Shown: in pieces, positions 1 to 9,800 of the stretch
How the letters are laid out: each line of letters starts with the position of its first letter
Position numbering within the stretch: position 1 is the first letter of the stretch
NCBI GenBank assembly: GCA_041650915.1
Contig: JBAZKE010000005.1
Location: 11,310-75,309 of the forward strand
Source of the DNA: Patescibacteria group bacterium
GTDB taxonomy: Bacteria > Patescibacteriota > Patescibacteriia > UBA10025 > JAHIVO01
Direction of reading: 5' to 3'
DNA: 64,000 nt
Program-made: the position numbers and the translations under genes
Notes under the pieces: model-generated
Databases searched by the model: none
Told to the model about the DNA's origin: nothing
The model's input: only the letters and a program-made list of their open reading frames with translations

Positions 1-464
1 TCCGTGAAGAAGTGCAGGCAGATTCGCTTTACCTTCATATGCCGGAACAGCGTCAGGAGAGCGAGGAGATGGTCAGGATCTGCGTGCGCAGACTGCTCCG
101 AGGTGATGAGCCCCATGAGGTGCAGCGTTGAATGGTACTTTTTTACGTGCTGTACCGCCGTATCGAAAGCCGGATTTTTAAAAAAGCTGCCCTCGTTAAT
201 TGATTTTGAAATGACCACGGAATCTTGTTCAATGACCCTCCCGGCGCCGATATTCATATGGCCCGCTTCGGAGTTGCCATCCTGGCTCGGAGGGAGCCCG
301 ACGTCTTTTCCTGACGCACCCAGCAATGAATGCGGGTAATTGTCCCACAGCATATCCATCACCGGCGTCGAACCGAGGGCGATAGCATTTCCCCTTGTTT
401 CATCCCATATCCCCCACCCGTCGAGAATCGCAAGGACAACCTGTTTCGTTCTTTTGACAGCCAT
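1..464 (-). CDS. gpmI: 2,3-bisphosphoglycerate-independent phosphoglycerate mutase (iPGM), N-terminal part, continues past the left edge of the window
   Basis: Reverse-strand translation starts at ATG 464..462 as MAVKRTKQVVLAILDGWGIWDE...PVMDMLWDNYPHSLLGASGKDVGLPPSQDGNSEAGHMNIGAGRV. The ILDGWG and GNSEAGH motifs are typical of iPGM. It starts 4 bp after the eno stop. It is absent from the ORF track because it is partial; the track's plus-strand ORFs 4..339 and 340..687 are antisense artefacts of it. Confidence 0.8.
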   Translation of the reverse strand, partial: MAVKRTKQVVLAILDGWGIWDETRGNAIALGSTPVMDMLWDNYPHSLLGASGKDVGLPPSQDGNSEAGHMNIGAGRVIEQDSVVISKSINEGSFFKNPAFDTAVQHVKKYHSTLHLMGLITSEQSAHADPDHLLALLTLFRHMKVKRICLHFFT

Positions 465-468
465 GTTA

Positions 469-1740
469 CTACTTTCCATTAACTTCTTCCTCGATTTCAA
501 CCAAGCGGTTGTACTTCCCCGTCCGTTCCCCCCTGACTGGCCCTACCTTGATATACTCAGCGTTCACCGCAGCTGCAACATCCACCATAAAGGTGTCATT
601 GGTTTCACCCCCGCCGCGGTGCGACACAATTTGCCAAAAATCATGGTCTTGCCCGAGTTTGATCGCCTGCATCGTTTCGGTGAGTGAACCGATCTGGTTG
701 AGCTTGATCAGCACTGCATTGATGGTTTTACAGTCGATTGCTTTCTGGATGCGCTCGATATTGGTCACGGTCAGGTCATCACCGACAATCCTCGTTTTAC
801 TGCCGCACTGGCGATACAGCTCAGCCCAGCCGCTCCAATCGTCTTGCGCAAGGCAATCTTCGAGGCTGATAATTGGGTACTTAGACAGCCAGTCGTTAAA
901 TAAGCCAACCATCTGATCGGATGAAAGGCCGGTCCCCTCCCGTTTGAGAACATACTTTTTAGAATCAGCATCGAACAGCTCGGACGTTGCAGGATCGAGC
1001 GAAACTGAAATATCTTTTCCGGGCACGTACCCCGCCTTCACGATGGCTTCGACGAGCAGCTTGAGCGGCTCCTCATTCGACAGGATGCCCTCGGGCGCGA
1101 AGGCGCCCTCGTTGCCGACGTTCGTATTAAGCCCGCGCTTCTTGAGAATCGACTTCAACGCAACGTACGCTTCTTCCCCCCACCGGACCGCCTCACGGGC
1201 AGTCGGTGCGCCTGAAACGCTCAGCAGGTATTCCTGAAAATCAGTAGAATTATCGGCGTGAGCGCCGCCCTCGATGACAACCATCATCGGACGCGGCAGC
1301 ACGTACTTTTTGTGGGAAACCTTATACGTCTTCCTGATGTACTCGTAGAGCGGCACGCCGGATGCCAGGGCGCCGGCACGGGCGCACGCGAGCGAAACGG
1401 CGAGAATGCTGTTACCGCCGAGTTTACTTTTGTTTTGGGTGCCATCGAGCTCAATCATCGCCCGGTCGATCTTTTCTTGCGCCGTTGCATCCATACCGGC
1501 AATCTTCGGTGCAATACTATCGTTAACATTTTTACACGCTTTCAGCATGCCCTTGCCATTGAAGCGCTTCTGGTCACCGTCATTCAGCGTCAGCGCCTCG
1601 TGGATCCCTGCAGAAACGCCGTATGGCACGGAAGCGCTGCCCGTCGTGCCGTCCGCGAGCTCGACAATAACTTCTACGGTTGGCGCCCCGCCGGAAGCGA
1701 GAATTTCACGTGCTCTGATGCTTGATATTTTTTTTGGCAT
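469..1740 (-). CDS. eno: enolase (phosphopyruvate hydratase)
   Basis: A 423-aa product that aligns along its full length with bacterial enolases (SIRAREILASGGAPTVEV..., SHRGGGETNDTF..., C-terminal ...EVNGK). It is flanked by pgk and gpmI. Confidence 0.95.
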   Translation of the reverse strand: MPKKISSIRAREILASGGAPTVEVIVELADGTTGSASVPYGVSAGIHEALTLNDGDQKRFNGKGMLKACKNVNDSIAPKIAGMDATAQEKIDRAMIELDGTQNKSKLGGNSILAVSLACARAGALASGVPLYEYIRKTYKVSHKKYVLPRPMMVVIEGGAHADNSTDFQEYLLSVSGAPTAREAVRWGEEAYVALKSILKKRGLNTNVGNEGAFAPEGILSNEEPLKLLVEAIVKAGYVPGKDISVSLDPATSELFDADSKKYVLKREGTGLSSDQMVGLFNDWLSKYPIISLEDCLAQDDWSGWAELYRQCGSKTRIVGDDLTVTNIERIQKAIDCKTINAVLIKLNQIGSLTETMQAIKLGQDHDFWQIVSHRGGGETNDTFMVDVAAAVNAEYIKVGPVRGERTGKYNRLVEIEEEVNGK

Positions 1741-1741
1741 T

Positions 1742-2923
1742 TTATTCCTTGATAAGTGGCTTAAGCGCTGGCAATAGTTCCCCCTCGAGCAGTTTCAGCA
1801 TTGCACCGCCGCCGGTCGATGCAAACGAAACCTGGCCTGCACACCCCGACCGCTGGAGCGCATCGAGGGAATCTCCTCCGCCGACGATGCTGGTCCCCGC
1901 CGAGGCGCAAACGCGCCGCGCGATTTCCCGCGTGCCCCGCGCAAACTCCTCAATCTCGAAATATCCCATCGGGCCCCCCCACACGATCGTATTGGCCTTG
2001 GCGATGATCTTCCCGTACATATCGATTGTATCCGGCCCGATGTCGAGTATATACTCGTCATCCTGCACGCTGCCCGCAGCCTTCGTAACGGTCTGCACGC
2101 CCGATGCGATTTCCTTCGCCGTCACGACATCAACCGGTATGTGGAAGTGCGTGTCAACGAGAGCGAGCTCCTTCGCAACGTCCATCATTTCCGCCTCGAA
2201 AATCGATTTCCCGATCGCCAACCCCTTCGCCTTGAGAAGGTTATTCGCCAACGCTCCGCCTATGAGGACATGGTCAGCGACTTCCAGAAACTTTTTAATG
2301 ACCTTAATCTTATCGGAAATTTTTGCGCCGCCGACAATCGCGACAAAGGGGCGGACCGGGTCAGCGATGACATGGGTCAACGTATCAAACTCCTCCTGGA
2401 GGCGAAAGCCCGCCGCCGACGGAAGGAATTCAGTTACCCCGAGCATTGATGCGTCGGCCCGGTGGCTCGCACCGAACGCTTCATTGACGTACACATCCGC
2501 CACCGAAGCCAGTTCTTTGGCAAAAGCTCGATCACCCTTCTTTTCCTCTTCGTGAAATCTCAAGTTTTCAAGGAGGACCACATCTCCGTTCTTCATTTTT
2601 TCAACCGCCGAACGCACGTCTTTTCCGATGCAGTCATCGAGCTTCCTGACTGGCTTTCCCAGCAGCTCGGAAATCCTGACGCCGACGGGATCCAGCTTAA
2701 GCCCGGCAATTACCTTGCCTTTTGGCCTCCCGAGGTGTGCGCACAGAATAACCTTCGCGCCCTGATTTACGAGGTACTGAATGGTAGGCATGCATACGGT
2801 AATGCGCTTATCGTCCGTGATCGCACCGCTATCATCTAAGGGAACGTTAAACTCGCACCGTACGAGCGTTCGCTTGCCCGTCAGCGCCATCTCTTTCACC
2901 GTTTTTAATTTCATATATATCAC
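1742..2923 (-). CDS. pgk: phosphoglycerate kinase
   Basis: 393 aa. The N-terminal RCEFNVPLD and the GGGAMLKLLEG..LP motifs are PGK signatures. It lies 1 bp upstream of eno. Confidence 0.95.
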   Translation of the reverse strand: MIYMKLKTVKEMALTGKRTLVRCEFNVPLDDSGAITDDKRITVCMPTIQYLVNQGAKVILCAHLGRPKGKVIAGLKLDPVGVRISELLGKPVRKLDDCIGKDVRSAVEKMKNGDVVLLENLRFHEEEKKGDRAFAKELASVADVYVNEAFGASHRADASMLGVTEFLPSAAGFRLQEEFDTLTHVIADPVRPFVAIVGGAKISDKIKVIKKFLEVADHVLIGGALANNLLKAKGLAIGKSIFEAEMMDVAKELALVDTHFHIPVDVVTAKEIASGVQTVTKAAGSVQDDEYILDIGPDTIDMYGKIIAKANTIVWGGPMGYFEIEEFARGTREIARRVCASAGTSIVGGGDSLDALQRSGCAGQVSFASTGGGAMLKLLEGELLPALKPLIKE

Positions 2924-2950
2924 GATAAAAGTAATTTACAGGTACTGCTC

Positions 2951-2989
2951 ATTATAACACTTTTTTCAACTTATTACAATAATGATAAC
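2951..2989 (-). promoter_or_regulatory. candidate sigma70-type promoter of the pgk-eno-gpmI operon (TTGTAA-17-TGtTATAAT, extended -10)
   Basis: Read on the minus strand: ...cattattgtaa|taagttgaaaaaagtgt|tataat|gagc, about 25 nt upstream of the pgk ATG. Confidence 0.4.
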
Positions 2990-3020
2990 ACATTCTTTTT
3001 CGTGCAATTCGGATTATTTT

Positions 3021-3281
3021 CTAGGTTTGCGCGCCCCGCACTTCTATGACGCTCAGCTCCCTTCCGGTCCCCTTTTGGATGACGAGATCCGCCCCTTCAG
3101 CAATCGTATTTTTTGAGATGAGCCCGAAGTTAAAGCGGAGATTTTCCGGTGATAGTTCCTCATTGTGCTCAACAATTTTTCCAAGCCGAATGATGACCTG
3201 AGTAATCTTCGTGAGCTTATTCTTCTCTGCCGTTTGGACAGCGGCTCTCACAATGTCCTGCGCTGCAAGTAAATCATGCAT
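3021..3281 (-). CDS. HypA-like hydrogenase nickel-insertion protein, N-terminal domain only (no Zn-finger)
   Basis: 86 aa. MHDLLAAQDIVRAAV...NTIAEGADLVIQ parallels the HypA N-terminus (MHE..A..IV... / ..IAEGAE...), including the His2 nickel ligand. The ORF ends before any CxxC...CxxC zinc motif. Confidence 0.55.
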   Translation of the reverse strand: MHDLLAAQDIVRAAVQTAEKNKLTKITQVIIRLGKIVEHNEELSPENLRFNFGLISKNTIAEGADLVIQKGTGRELSVIEVRGAQT

Positions 3282-3385
3282 ACCATGAAGTGAAAACTAT
3301 GCCGAGTTAATATACGAGGCGGCCAGGTGGCTCAACACGCAATGAAGGAAAGAAACTCCACAAAAACAGCCCGGATTCTTTCAGA

Positions 3386-4663
3386 TTAATGCGTCGCACA
3401 GGTCATGCACGGATCATAGGCGCGAATCAACATGCCAAGCTTACGTTCGTCAGCCGCGGAAAAACTCTTTTTTGAACCGATATACTGCACAAGGTCGTGT
3501 TCGAGATTATTGATCATTTGCGCGGTCGGCGTAATGATATTCACGTTCTTCAGCTTCCCGAGTTTGTTCGTCTCGTAGTAGTGGAGCAAGATGCCGCGCG
3601 GCGCTTCAATCGCACCCGTGCCCTTTCCCGGACGTACCGAATATCGAACCATCGGTTTGACGTTTTTCATCCCGAGGTACTGCCGGAGCAGTTTTTGCGC
3701 TTCCTCAATGCAGTGGATAAGCTCAATTCCCTGGCACAGGACGTTGAAAAACGAATTGTCGATCGGCAGTTTGACATTCACGCTTCTGAGCGCCTGTTTG
3801 GCAATCGGATTAAGCTGTTGCCAATTATTATTTATGCGCGCGAGCGCCCCGACAAAGTACGGCTTGTTCTTATGCGTTGTCCGTTTGACGTAGTCATCGG
3901 GCGAATGAAGCTCACGGATCGACTGCATAAATGCGGCGGGGGTTTGCTTCAAACCCTTGTTCGATGCGACCGTACCGTCGTAGATCGCATATTCATGGGC
4001 TGAGCTGAGGCAAATATTTTCAGTCGGGCGGTGGAAGTCGGTAAACCTGAGATGCGACATGAAATGGGCGAGCTCGAGCGTTTGCTGCACAATGGCCTGG
4101 CTCCCGTCGAGCAGCTTCTTCATTTCGGCGGCATCCGGCAGCTTGAGAAATCCGCCGACTTGTGAATTGACCGGGTGCAGGGGCCTTCCGCCAATCACGT
4201 GCGTTATTCTGTTCCCGAATTCCCTGATCTCAAGCGCAGCAGCGGTATACTTCGGGGCAATCGATACGAGGTCAAGCGCGGAATCCTTGCCGTAAAAATC
4301 GGGAATGCACATAAAGTACGCGTGCACGCCGTGGCTCGTTACCGTCTGACCGAGCATCATCAGCTTCCGGAGCAAAACCGTGCTCGGCGCGACCTGTATT
4401 TCCATTCCATCCTCGAGGGCTTTAATTGCCGTCAGGTTGTGGACGATCGGGCAGACGCCGCAGATGCGTGAGGTCACGAGCGGCGCGTCCATGTAGTCCC
4501 GCCCGACGAGCACCCCCTCGATAAGGCGGGCTCCCTCGAGCGTACGATACCGCGCTTCTCCCACATTGCCTTTCTTGAGCGCGCCCCAGAATGTCGCGTG
4601 CCCTTCTATTCTCGTAATATGCTTTATGGATACCGTTTTCATATAGTTACTTTTGTGCTTCAT
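3386..4663 (-). CDS. [NiFe] hydrogenase large (alpha) subunit, group 3-like (sulfhydrogenase/F420-non-reducing type)
   Basis: 425 aa. The N-terminal RIEGH with the CGVC motif and the C-terminal DPCMTCATH (DPCxxCxxH) are the Ni-Fe ligand motifs. The protein ends exactly at the His, with no C-terminal extension. Confidence 0.9.
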   Translation of the reverse strand: MKHKSNYMKTVSIKHITRIEGHATFWGALKKGNVGEARYRTLEGARLIEGVLVGRDYMDAPLVTSRICGVCPIVHNLTAIKALEDGMEIQVAPSTVLLRKLMMLGQTVTSHGVHAYFMCIPDFYGKDSALDLVSIAPKYTAAALEIREFGNRITHVIGGRPLHPVNSQVGGFLKLPDAAEMKKLLDGSQAIVQQTLELAHFMSHLRFTDFHRPTENICLSSAHEYAIYDGTVASNKGLKQTPAAFMQSIRELHSPDDYVKRTTHKNKPYFVGALARINNNWQQLNPIAKQALRSVNVKLPIDNSFFNVLCQGIELIHCIEEAQKLLRQYLGMKNVKPMVRYSVRPGKGTGAIEAPRGILLHYYETNKLGKLKNVNIITPTAQMINNLEHDLVQYIGSKKSFSAADERKLGMLIRAYDPCMTCATH

Positions 4664-5447
4664 ACCAATCTTCCTGGATGCCGAATATCTGCAGTATGCT
4701 GTTGAGCTCTTCCCTGGTATGGTTTTCGAGGATCTGCCGTTCGAGCTGCTTCGTGGAGTAGCCGGGAATCATCCCCCTGCATCCCTTGCAGAAAAATTTT
4801 GAGTTGAGGCATACCGCGTCGCACCCGCCGCGGGTGACCGGGCCGAGGCACGGTTCGCCCTTCTGCAGCACGCATTCATTGCCGTTCAGCTGGCACTCGT
4901 AGCAAACCGGATTCTCGAGAAGCTTGGGGCTGATGCCTTCCCTGACTGCATTGAGTATTGCGATGATATCCCTGCCGTCAGGCGGGCATCCGGGCAGCTC
5001 GAGATCAACTTTTACAAAATGCTTGAGCGGCCGGATGTCGGGATTGAAAACTTTCGTGTGGGTCTGCGGATACACGTAACGCACTGCCCGCTCCTTATCA
5101 ATGTGGTTTTTGATATTGGGAATAACGCCGTGGCACGCGCACGCGCCGAACGATACGAGGACTTTCGTACGCTTTCGCGCCGCCTTGAGATTCGCGATGT
5201 TCTGCTTGGTCAGCGGCGCGCCCTCGACGAACGTCACGTCATACGGCTCATTATTTTTTTCGTCCATGATGAGAAAAAAATCGCCGAGCTCAAAGTGGTC
5301 GACCGCGCCGATAAATTCCGCTCCCATGTCGATTGCGGATACCGAGCAACCGTCGCACGAGGTCAGCCCTACGATCGCTATGCGCAGTTTTTTTCGGGGC
5401 GGCGGTGTCCCTTGTTTTTTCTGAGCTTTCTTCATACGTTCGTACAC
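4647..5447 (-). CDS. [NiFe] hydrogenase small (delta) subunit
   Basis: 266 aa. The AIVGLTSCDGC N-terminal motif (proximal cluster) and further Cys clusters (GCPP, CYEC, GCDAVC) match the group-3 small subunit. It overlaps the large-subunit start by 17 bp. Confidence 0.85.
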   Translation of the reverse strand: MYERMKKAQKKQGTPPPRKKLRIAIVGLTSCDGCSVSAIDMGAEFIGAVDHFELGDFFLIMDEKNNEPYDVTFVEGAPLTKQNIANLKAARKRTKVLVSFGACACHGVIPNIKNHIDKERAVRYVYPQTHTKVFNPDIRPLKHFVKVDLELPGCPPDGRDIIAILNAVREGISPKLLENPVCYECQLNGNECVLQKGEPCLGPVTRGGCDAVCLNSKFFCKGCRGMIPGYSTKQLERQILENHTREELNSILQIFGIQEDWYEAQK

Positions 5448-5450
5448 TTA

Positions 5451-6716
5451 CTACCTGGGCAAAAAGTCAGCCTGGCGTTCAGGATCGCAAATGCTCATCG
5501 TGACATCCAACATGAAATCGCAAATCAATGACGTTTCACCAGTGCGGCCCATGAGTTCTTCGGTGCGTGAACAGTGGCCCGTATACTCCTCGTGCAAATC
5601 GACCTGCTCTTTCTCGTTGAGCACCCCGTCGATCACGAGCTCTGAACCGCGTTTCCACTCTCTGCAGAGGCTTACAGCATCAACCGTGCTGCTGACAGAT
5701 TCTGCAATAAGCTTCTCGCAGAAGTCCAAAAAAATCTCCCCGGTCATCACACTGCTCCCATGTGGATCGTAGCACGCTACAATTTCATCGTAATCACTGT
5801 GCCCGTCATCGTCCGTATCCGACGTACTGGCATCGAGTCCAAACCAGGTTTCGACGCGGTCATCAAGCTTATCATCATCCTTATCGACGGCTGCAGCCGG
5901 TATGCCGCCGGCATTAACATTCACCGCAGTGTTTGTATTTGTCGTACCGCTGTTTTTTCCGGCCAATGGATGGTATATGTGCGCATCAGCCGAATCGCTG
6001 CTCTCGGCATCCGATGCATTGACGTTTGCGGGCGTATCACTGCTTTCCGGCTCTTGTTCCGGGCTGAGCTCATCGCTGCTCATGATCACGAATCCGCCGG
6101 CGTACAGCTCAGTGACCTCCGCGATGACCTGCCTGCTCGTAATATCATACGTGCTGTCGAGCCCGACAAACCGGCTAAGATCCTCATCCCAGAATGCGAT
6201 CACAAAGTTTTTTTCCTCGTGCCGCGCTCCGTTGATGATGCCGACCTTTTCAAGGCCGTTGCTCGTATAAGCCATCATAAGCATGGCCGGTTTCTTGAGC
6301 TGGAGCCCCTTCGGTTCAAAATCTACCGTACACCCGATATCCCCGCGGTATACGGCGATGGTGATCTCAACGCCGGGATCAATCGCGTCTTCAGGCACGT
6401 CAATGCGAGCCCCGCCGTACGTCGTCACATTTTCTTCGTCAGTGCACGTTTTCGCGATCGTAATCACCCGGGTTGATCCGGCATTCGTACCGGCTGTACC
6501 CCCGCTGAAAATATCCCCAACTGCCGCATTCTGGTTCTCGTCGGTAACCTCAACCCCCCACACGAGATAGGCAGCGGCACCGATAATCACGATCAGTAGG
6601 ATCGCGATTACCATAATGAAGAGCGTATTCGAGCGCGGCGGCAATGCTGACGGCTGTTGGCCAATTTTTTTCCGGCTGCTGTTTTTTTCCGGCTGCGGAG
6701 TCATAGTGAATATCAA
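5451..6716 (-). CDS. hypothetical membrane-anchored protein with an acidic Ca-binding-like (thrombospondin type-3-like DxDxDG) linker
   Basis: 421 aa. One N-terminal TM helix (IMVIAILLIVIIGAAAYLVW), a long D/E/S-rich region containing ETWFGLDASTSDTDDDGHSDYDEIVACYDPHG, then a C-terminal globular domain. Paralogous to 6728..7465. Confidence 0.5.
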   Translation of the reverse strand: MIFTMTPQPEKNSSRKKIGQQPSALPPRSNTLFIMVIAILLIVIIGAAAYLVWGVEVTDENQNAAVGDIFSGGTAGTNAGSTRVITIAKTCTDEENVTTYGGARIDVPEDAIDPGVEITIAVYRGDIGCTVDFEPKGLQLKKPAMLMMAYTSNGLEKVGIINGARHEEKNFVIAFWDEDLSRFVGLDSTYDITSRQVIAEVTELYAGGFVIMSSDELSPEQEPESSDTPANVNASDAESSDSADAHIYHPLAGKNSGTTNTNTAVNVNAGGIPAAAVDKDDDKLDDRVETWFGLDASTSDTDDDGHSDYDEIVACYDPHGSSVMTGEIFLDFCEKLIAESVSSTVDAVSLCREWKRGSELVIDGVLNEKEQVDLHEEYTGHCSRTEELMGRTGETSLICDFMLDVTMSICDPERQADFLPR

Positions 6717-6727
6717 ATAATTTTTTA

Positions 6728-7465
6728 TTACAAACCTAGCTGGTCAAAATACAGGTTGAGCCGCTCCACATCGCATATATTGAAAGCTGCGTTCGAGAGC
6801 ACGTAACAAACCGAATCCAGGTCGAAGCCTTCGCTCGCAAACTCGGCTGACTGTTCACACAGCGCGTTAAATGCCGCGTCGTATGTCGATATTACCTCAC
6901 GGGGATCATCACCTCGCAGATGGGCATCAATTGCCCGCTCGGCGAGCGGCCACCATACCGCGCACGGCTCCTCAAGCCCGCCCTCGTACGTAAACTCATA
7001 CGACTCGAGGAACGCAGCACAGTAAGACACAAACTGCTCTTCAGTCACGTCTCCTTCGCCGTTGGGGTTCGTGCAGGCGTTGATCTCAAAATAATCTGAC
7101 GTGCCGTCTTCGTCCGAATCCTGGCTGTCCGTACTGGTGCCAAACCACGCCTCGACTTCATCGAGCAGCTTATCTTCGTCACTGTCTGGCGGGCTGGCAA
7201 ACGCAATGCGGTCCGGGTCGAAAAAACCTTCGGATTCGGCGATCTCACTCACCGTCTGCGGCAGGGTTTCATTGCCGGCTGCCGGTTGCCCGTCAGCATC
7301 CGTGCCGATCACGCTTACTGAAAAATTGCTGAAATAAAAAGCAAATCCAGCCCCCACAATACCAAGCAGCACGGCTCCGGTAACGATTACCGACAGCAGG
7401 CTGCGGCTCCGGATCTTCGTTTCCGGTTCTGGTTCAAGTGAGTATCGCTTATCGTTTCCTAGCAT
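6728..7465 (-). CDS. hypothetical membrane-anchored protein, paralog of 5451..6716
   Basis: 245 aa. N-terminal TM helix, then VEAWFGTSTDSQDSDEDGTSDYFEINACTNPNGEG, the same motif as its neighbour. Overlaps hypC by 7 bp. Confidence 0.5.
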   Translation of the reverse strand: MLGNDKRYSLEPEPETKIRSRSLLSVIVTGAVLLGIVGAGFAFYFSNFSVSVIGTDADGQPAAGNETLPQTVSEIAESEGFFDPDRIAFASPPDSDEDKLLDEVEAWFGTSTDSQDSDEDGTSDYFEINACTNPNGEGDVTEEQFVSYCAAFLESYEFTYEGGLEEPCAVWWPLAERAIDAHLRGDDPREVISTYDAAFNALCEQSAEFASEGFDLDSVCYVLSNAAFNICDVERLNLYFDQLGL

Positions 7466-7686
7466 AGGCTCGAATGATTACGGATACCCACAAAAGTTTT
7501 TAAAGTATCCGCCGCTTCTTCTTGTGTGAGTTTGCTGACCGCGAAATGGTTTTCATTGACCACGTAATCGCCTTCCTTCACGCCCGGAACAAGCCGGATA
7601 TCGAGCGTGTGCGTTTTTTTGCCGCACGCAACGGTAGCGGTCGTACCGTCGATGCTGATAATCTTATGCGGAATAGTGAGGCACAT
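7459..7686 (-). CDS. hypC: hydrogenase maturation chaperone HypC/HupF
   Basis: 75 aa. Starts MCLTIPHKIISI, matching the MC(L/I)(A/G)(I/V)P signature. Small OB-fold size. Confidence 0.85.
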   Translation of the reverse strand: MCLTIPHKIISIDGTTATVACGKKTHTLDIRLVPGVKEGDYVVNENHFAVSKLTQEEAADTLKTFVGIRNHSSLC

Positions 7687-7689
7687 ACG

Positions 7690-8544
7690 CTAGCTTGAAA
7701 ATAATACCGTATCTTTTTTTTGGAGTGGGGCTATAACGCCTTTCAAATCCTCGTCAGTCCACAGCTTTTGGAAATTGAAATCCCGCTCTGACTGCCCAAG
7801 TATCTTGCCGGCCATATCCGTTTTGAAAAAAGATTCCTTGGCGTAGTCAATTGGCTGCCTGCTCCCGAGCACCTGCTTCATTGTCTTCTGGATAAACGAT
7901 TTCCGCTGCTGCTCGCGGGCGAGCCGCCTGGCAAAGGTTTTCAACCTTTCGCTGCCAGCGGCCGCGACGACCACGCCGAAGTGGTGGAACACCGTCTGCT
8001 CCTTGGCGGCCTGCAGACCGGGAGGCACGAGTACGTGTGAAAAGTGCACCGCCCCGCCAGCGAGAACGACCTCCAGTTCAACGAGCTGCCGCTGGCCGAC
8101 GCGCTGTGCATGGGTTACCGTGCCGGTGGTGAGCACGTGCGCGAGCGCATACGCAGGCGGCATTCCGATTAACTCGGCATTTTCTTCAACGGCATCGGCA
8201 TGGTCGAGCGCAAAACATTCCAGTAAATGGGCTGCCGAAATCTCCGTAATGCCCGTACGCTGGGCGAACGACGCGACCTGCGATGGGAATGCCGTGATAA
8301 TGTGCGGAGAAATCGCTGAGAGCGGCACCGGTACGCCGGTTGCGAACGTCGCGAGGTTGATGTCAGACTTGCATCCGGGATGGATAAATAAATGAACGAG
8401 TATGCGCACTGCTTCCGGCTCGAGCACGATCGTTTCAAAATCCGGATGCGCGAGGCGGCGTGCTTTTTCTAGGTTTATAATAATGTTACGTTGTTGTTTT
8501 TTCACTCTAACATTCTTAAGAATGTTCCTACGAGAGCATGTCAC
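7690..8544 (-). CDS. hypothetical protein (function not recognised)
   Basis: A 284-aa ORF tightly packed between hypC and the ArsR gene. No motif I can assign. Confidence 0.4.
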   Translation of the reverse strand: MTCSRRNILKNVRVKKQQRNIIINLEKARRLAHPDFETIVLEPEAVRILVHLFIHPGCKSDINLATFATGVPVPLSAISPHIITAFPSQVASFAQRTGITEISAAHLLECFALDHADAVEENAELIGMPPAYALAHVLTTGTVTHAQRVGQRQLVELEVVLAGGAVHFSHVLVPPGLQAAKEQTVFHHFGVVVAAAGSERLKTFARRLAREQQRKSFIQKTMKQVLGSRQPIDYAKESFFKTDMAGKILGQSERDFNFQKLWTDEDLKGVIAPLQKKDTVLFSS

Positions 8545-8816
8545 CCACTCTCACTAATTTGTCGAAATATTCCAGAACCTTTAAATGATTTCGTCAACTT
8601 GTAATAATTGAATTTTCCTTTCCGCTCTTTTTCAAGAATACCTTCGCGCTCCATCTTTAGTAAATGAAAAGATCCAGCTTTAAATGAAATCTTTAACTTC
8701 GAGCTGATATCGACAACTGACCGAGAATCCTTTGCGAGTAGTTTTATGATTACCATCCTCCGCTCATTGGAGAGTGCCTTGAAAACGTGCGCTAACCTTT
8801 TAGTAGAGTATACCAT
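8541..8816 (-). CDS. ArsR/SmtB-family winged-helix transcriptional regulator
   Basis: 91 aa. ALSNERRMVIIKLL...SVVDISSKLKIS...HL..MEREGIL fits the ArsR HTH pattern. Confidence 0.7.
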   Translation of the reverse strand: MVYSTKRLAHVFKALSNERRMVIIKLLAKDSRSVVDISSKLKISFKAGSFHLLKMEREGILEKERKGKFNYYKLTKSFKGSGIFRQISESG

Positions 8817-8848
8817 TTTTTTTTATTCTAACATTCTAAAGAATGTTC

Positions 8849-9754
8849 CTATATCGGTCTTTTTAACTTTAGCATATTACGGAACGATTCCAAACCAACG
8901 ACAAGTACGATACCAATAATCAACACACCTACGCCTCCAATCTTTTGCGGGGACCATGTAACGCCCTCAGTTGCAACGAACGCTATCAAGCTGGTAATGG
9001 GCGCACCGAGCGCGAGTACTGACGTGGCAACAGACGCCCGCGTGTATTTCAATCCATGGTAAAAAGTATAAACATACCCTAATAACAATACGGAAGTAAT
9101 CGCAACCCACTTCCACTGCTCAGGATTATAAGCAAACAAGGAACCCAGCTGGTCCGTCAACATCAGAAATACAGCGATGAACGCCGCACCGAAAAACATA
9201 CGTCCCCAGGCAACGATTCGCGGCGAGAGCGTCGCAAGCAAACGCTTAGAAAGAATGATTTCTACTGCCCACAAAAGCGTGGCGCCCAAAATCAGCACAT
9301 CACCCCATGATACTGTCTGCACCTGGATATCGAGAAACAGGAAGTTGCCGAGCAGGAGCGCACCGAGGCCGAGTAGTACGCTCTTGTTCAGCTTTTCTTT
9401 AAGAAAAATAATCGCCAGAAAGCTGACGTAGATAAACAGCGTCTTATGGATAAACCCACCCTGTGCAGCTGACGTCATTGACAGACCCTTGAAAAACAGA
9501 AGGAACGGTACTGCGCCGCCAACCAATCCAATAAGTCCCAATCTAAGCCAGTCTTTTTTCTTGAGCTGTTTAATTCCCTGCCACTCCTTCATCAAAAGCA
9601 TGAACAACAGCAACCCCAGGCCAACAAGCAGATTCTTCATACCGGTAAATACGTACGGATTCGCGAACTTCACGCCCATACCGTTTACGTATATCGAAAC
9701 GCCCGAGATAAGCGCGGTTGCGAGTACGAACAGTATGCCTTTTCGTTCATTCAT
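8849..9754 (-). CDS. EamA/DMT-family transporter (10 TM)
   Basis: 301 aa, entirely hydrophobic helices in two 5-TM halves, typical of EamA duplication. Confidence 0.7.
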   Translation of the reverse strand: MNERKGILFVLATALISGVSIYVNGMGVKFANPYVFTGMKNLLVGLGLLLFMLLMKEWQGIKQLKKKDWLRLGLIGLVGGAVPFLLFFKGLSMTSAAQGGFIHKTLFIYVSFLAIIFLKEKLNKSVLLGLGALLLGNFLFLDIQVQTVSWGDVLILGATLLWAVEIILSKRLLATLSPRIVAWGRMFFGAAFIAVFLMLTDQLGSLFAYNPEQWKWVAITSVLLLGYVYTFYHGLKYTRASVATSVLALGAPITSLIAFVATEGVTWSPQKIGGVGVLIIGIVLVVGLESFRNMLKLKRPI

Positions 9755-9800
9755 AATGTTATCCTCATTCTGAACTTGTTTCAGAATCTAACCAATATAA

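Noticed and set aside
4-687. Plus-strand ORFs 4..339 and 340..687 from the track
   Set aside because: They are antisense to a convincing minus-strand iPGM (gpmI) N-terminus (ILDGWG, GNSEAGH motifs) that starts at 464 and abuts eno. The plus-strand ORFs have Cys/Arg-rich, non-protein-like composition.
7690-8544. Possible HypD/HypE identity of the ORF next to hypC
   Set aside because: It has no CGVC/CPVC (HypD) or C-terminal PRIC (HypE) motifs. The only Cys-containing stretch (HPGCKSD) does not match. It is left as hypothetical.
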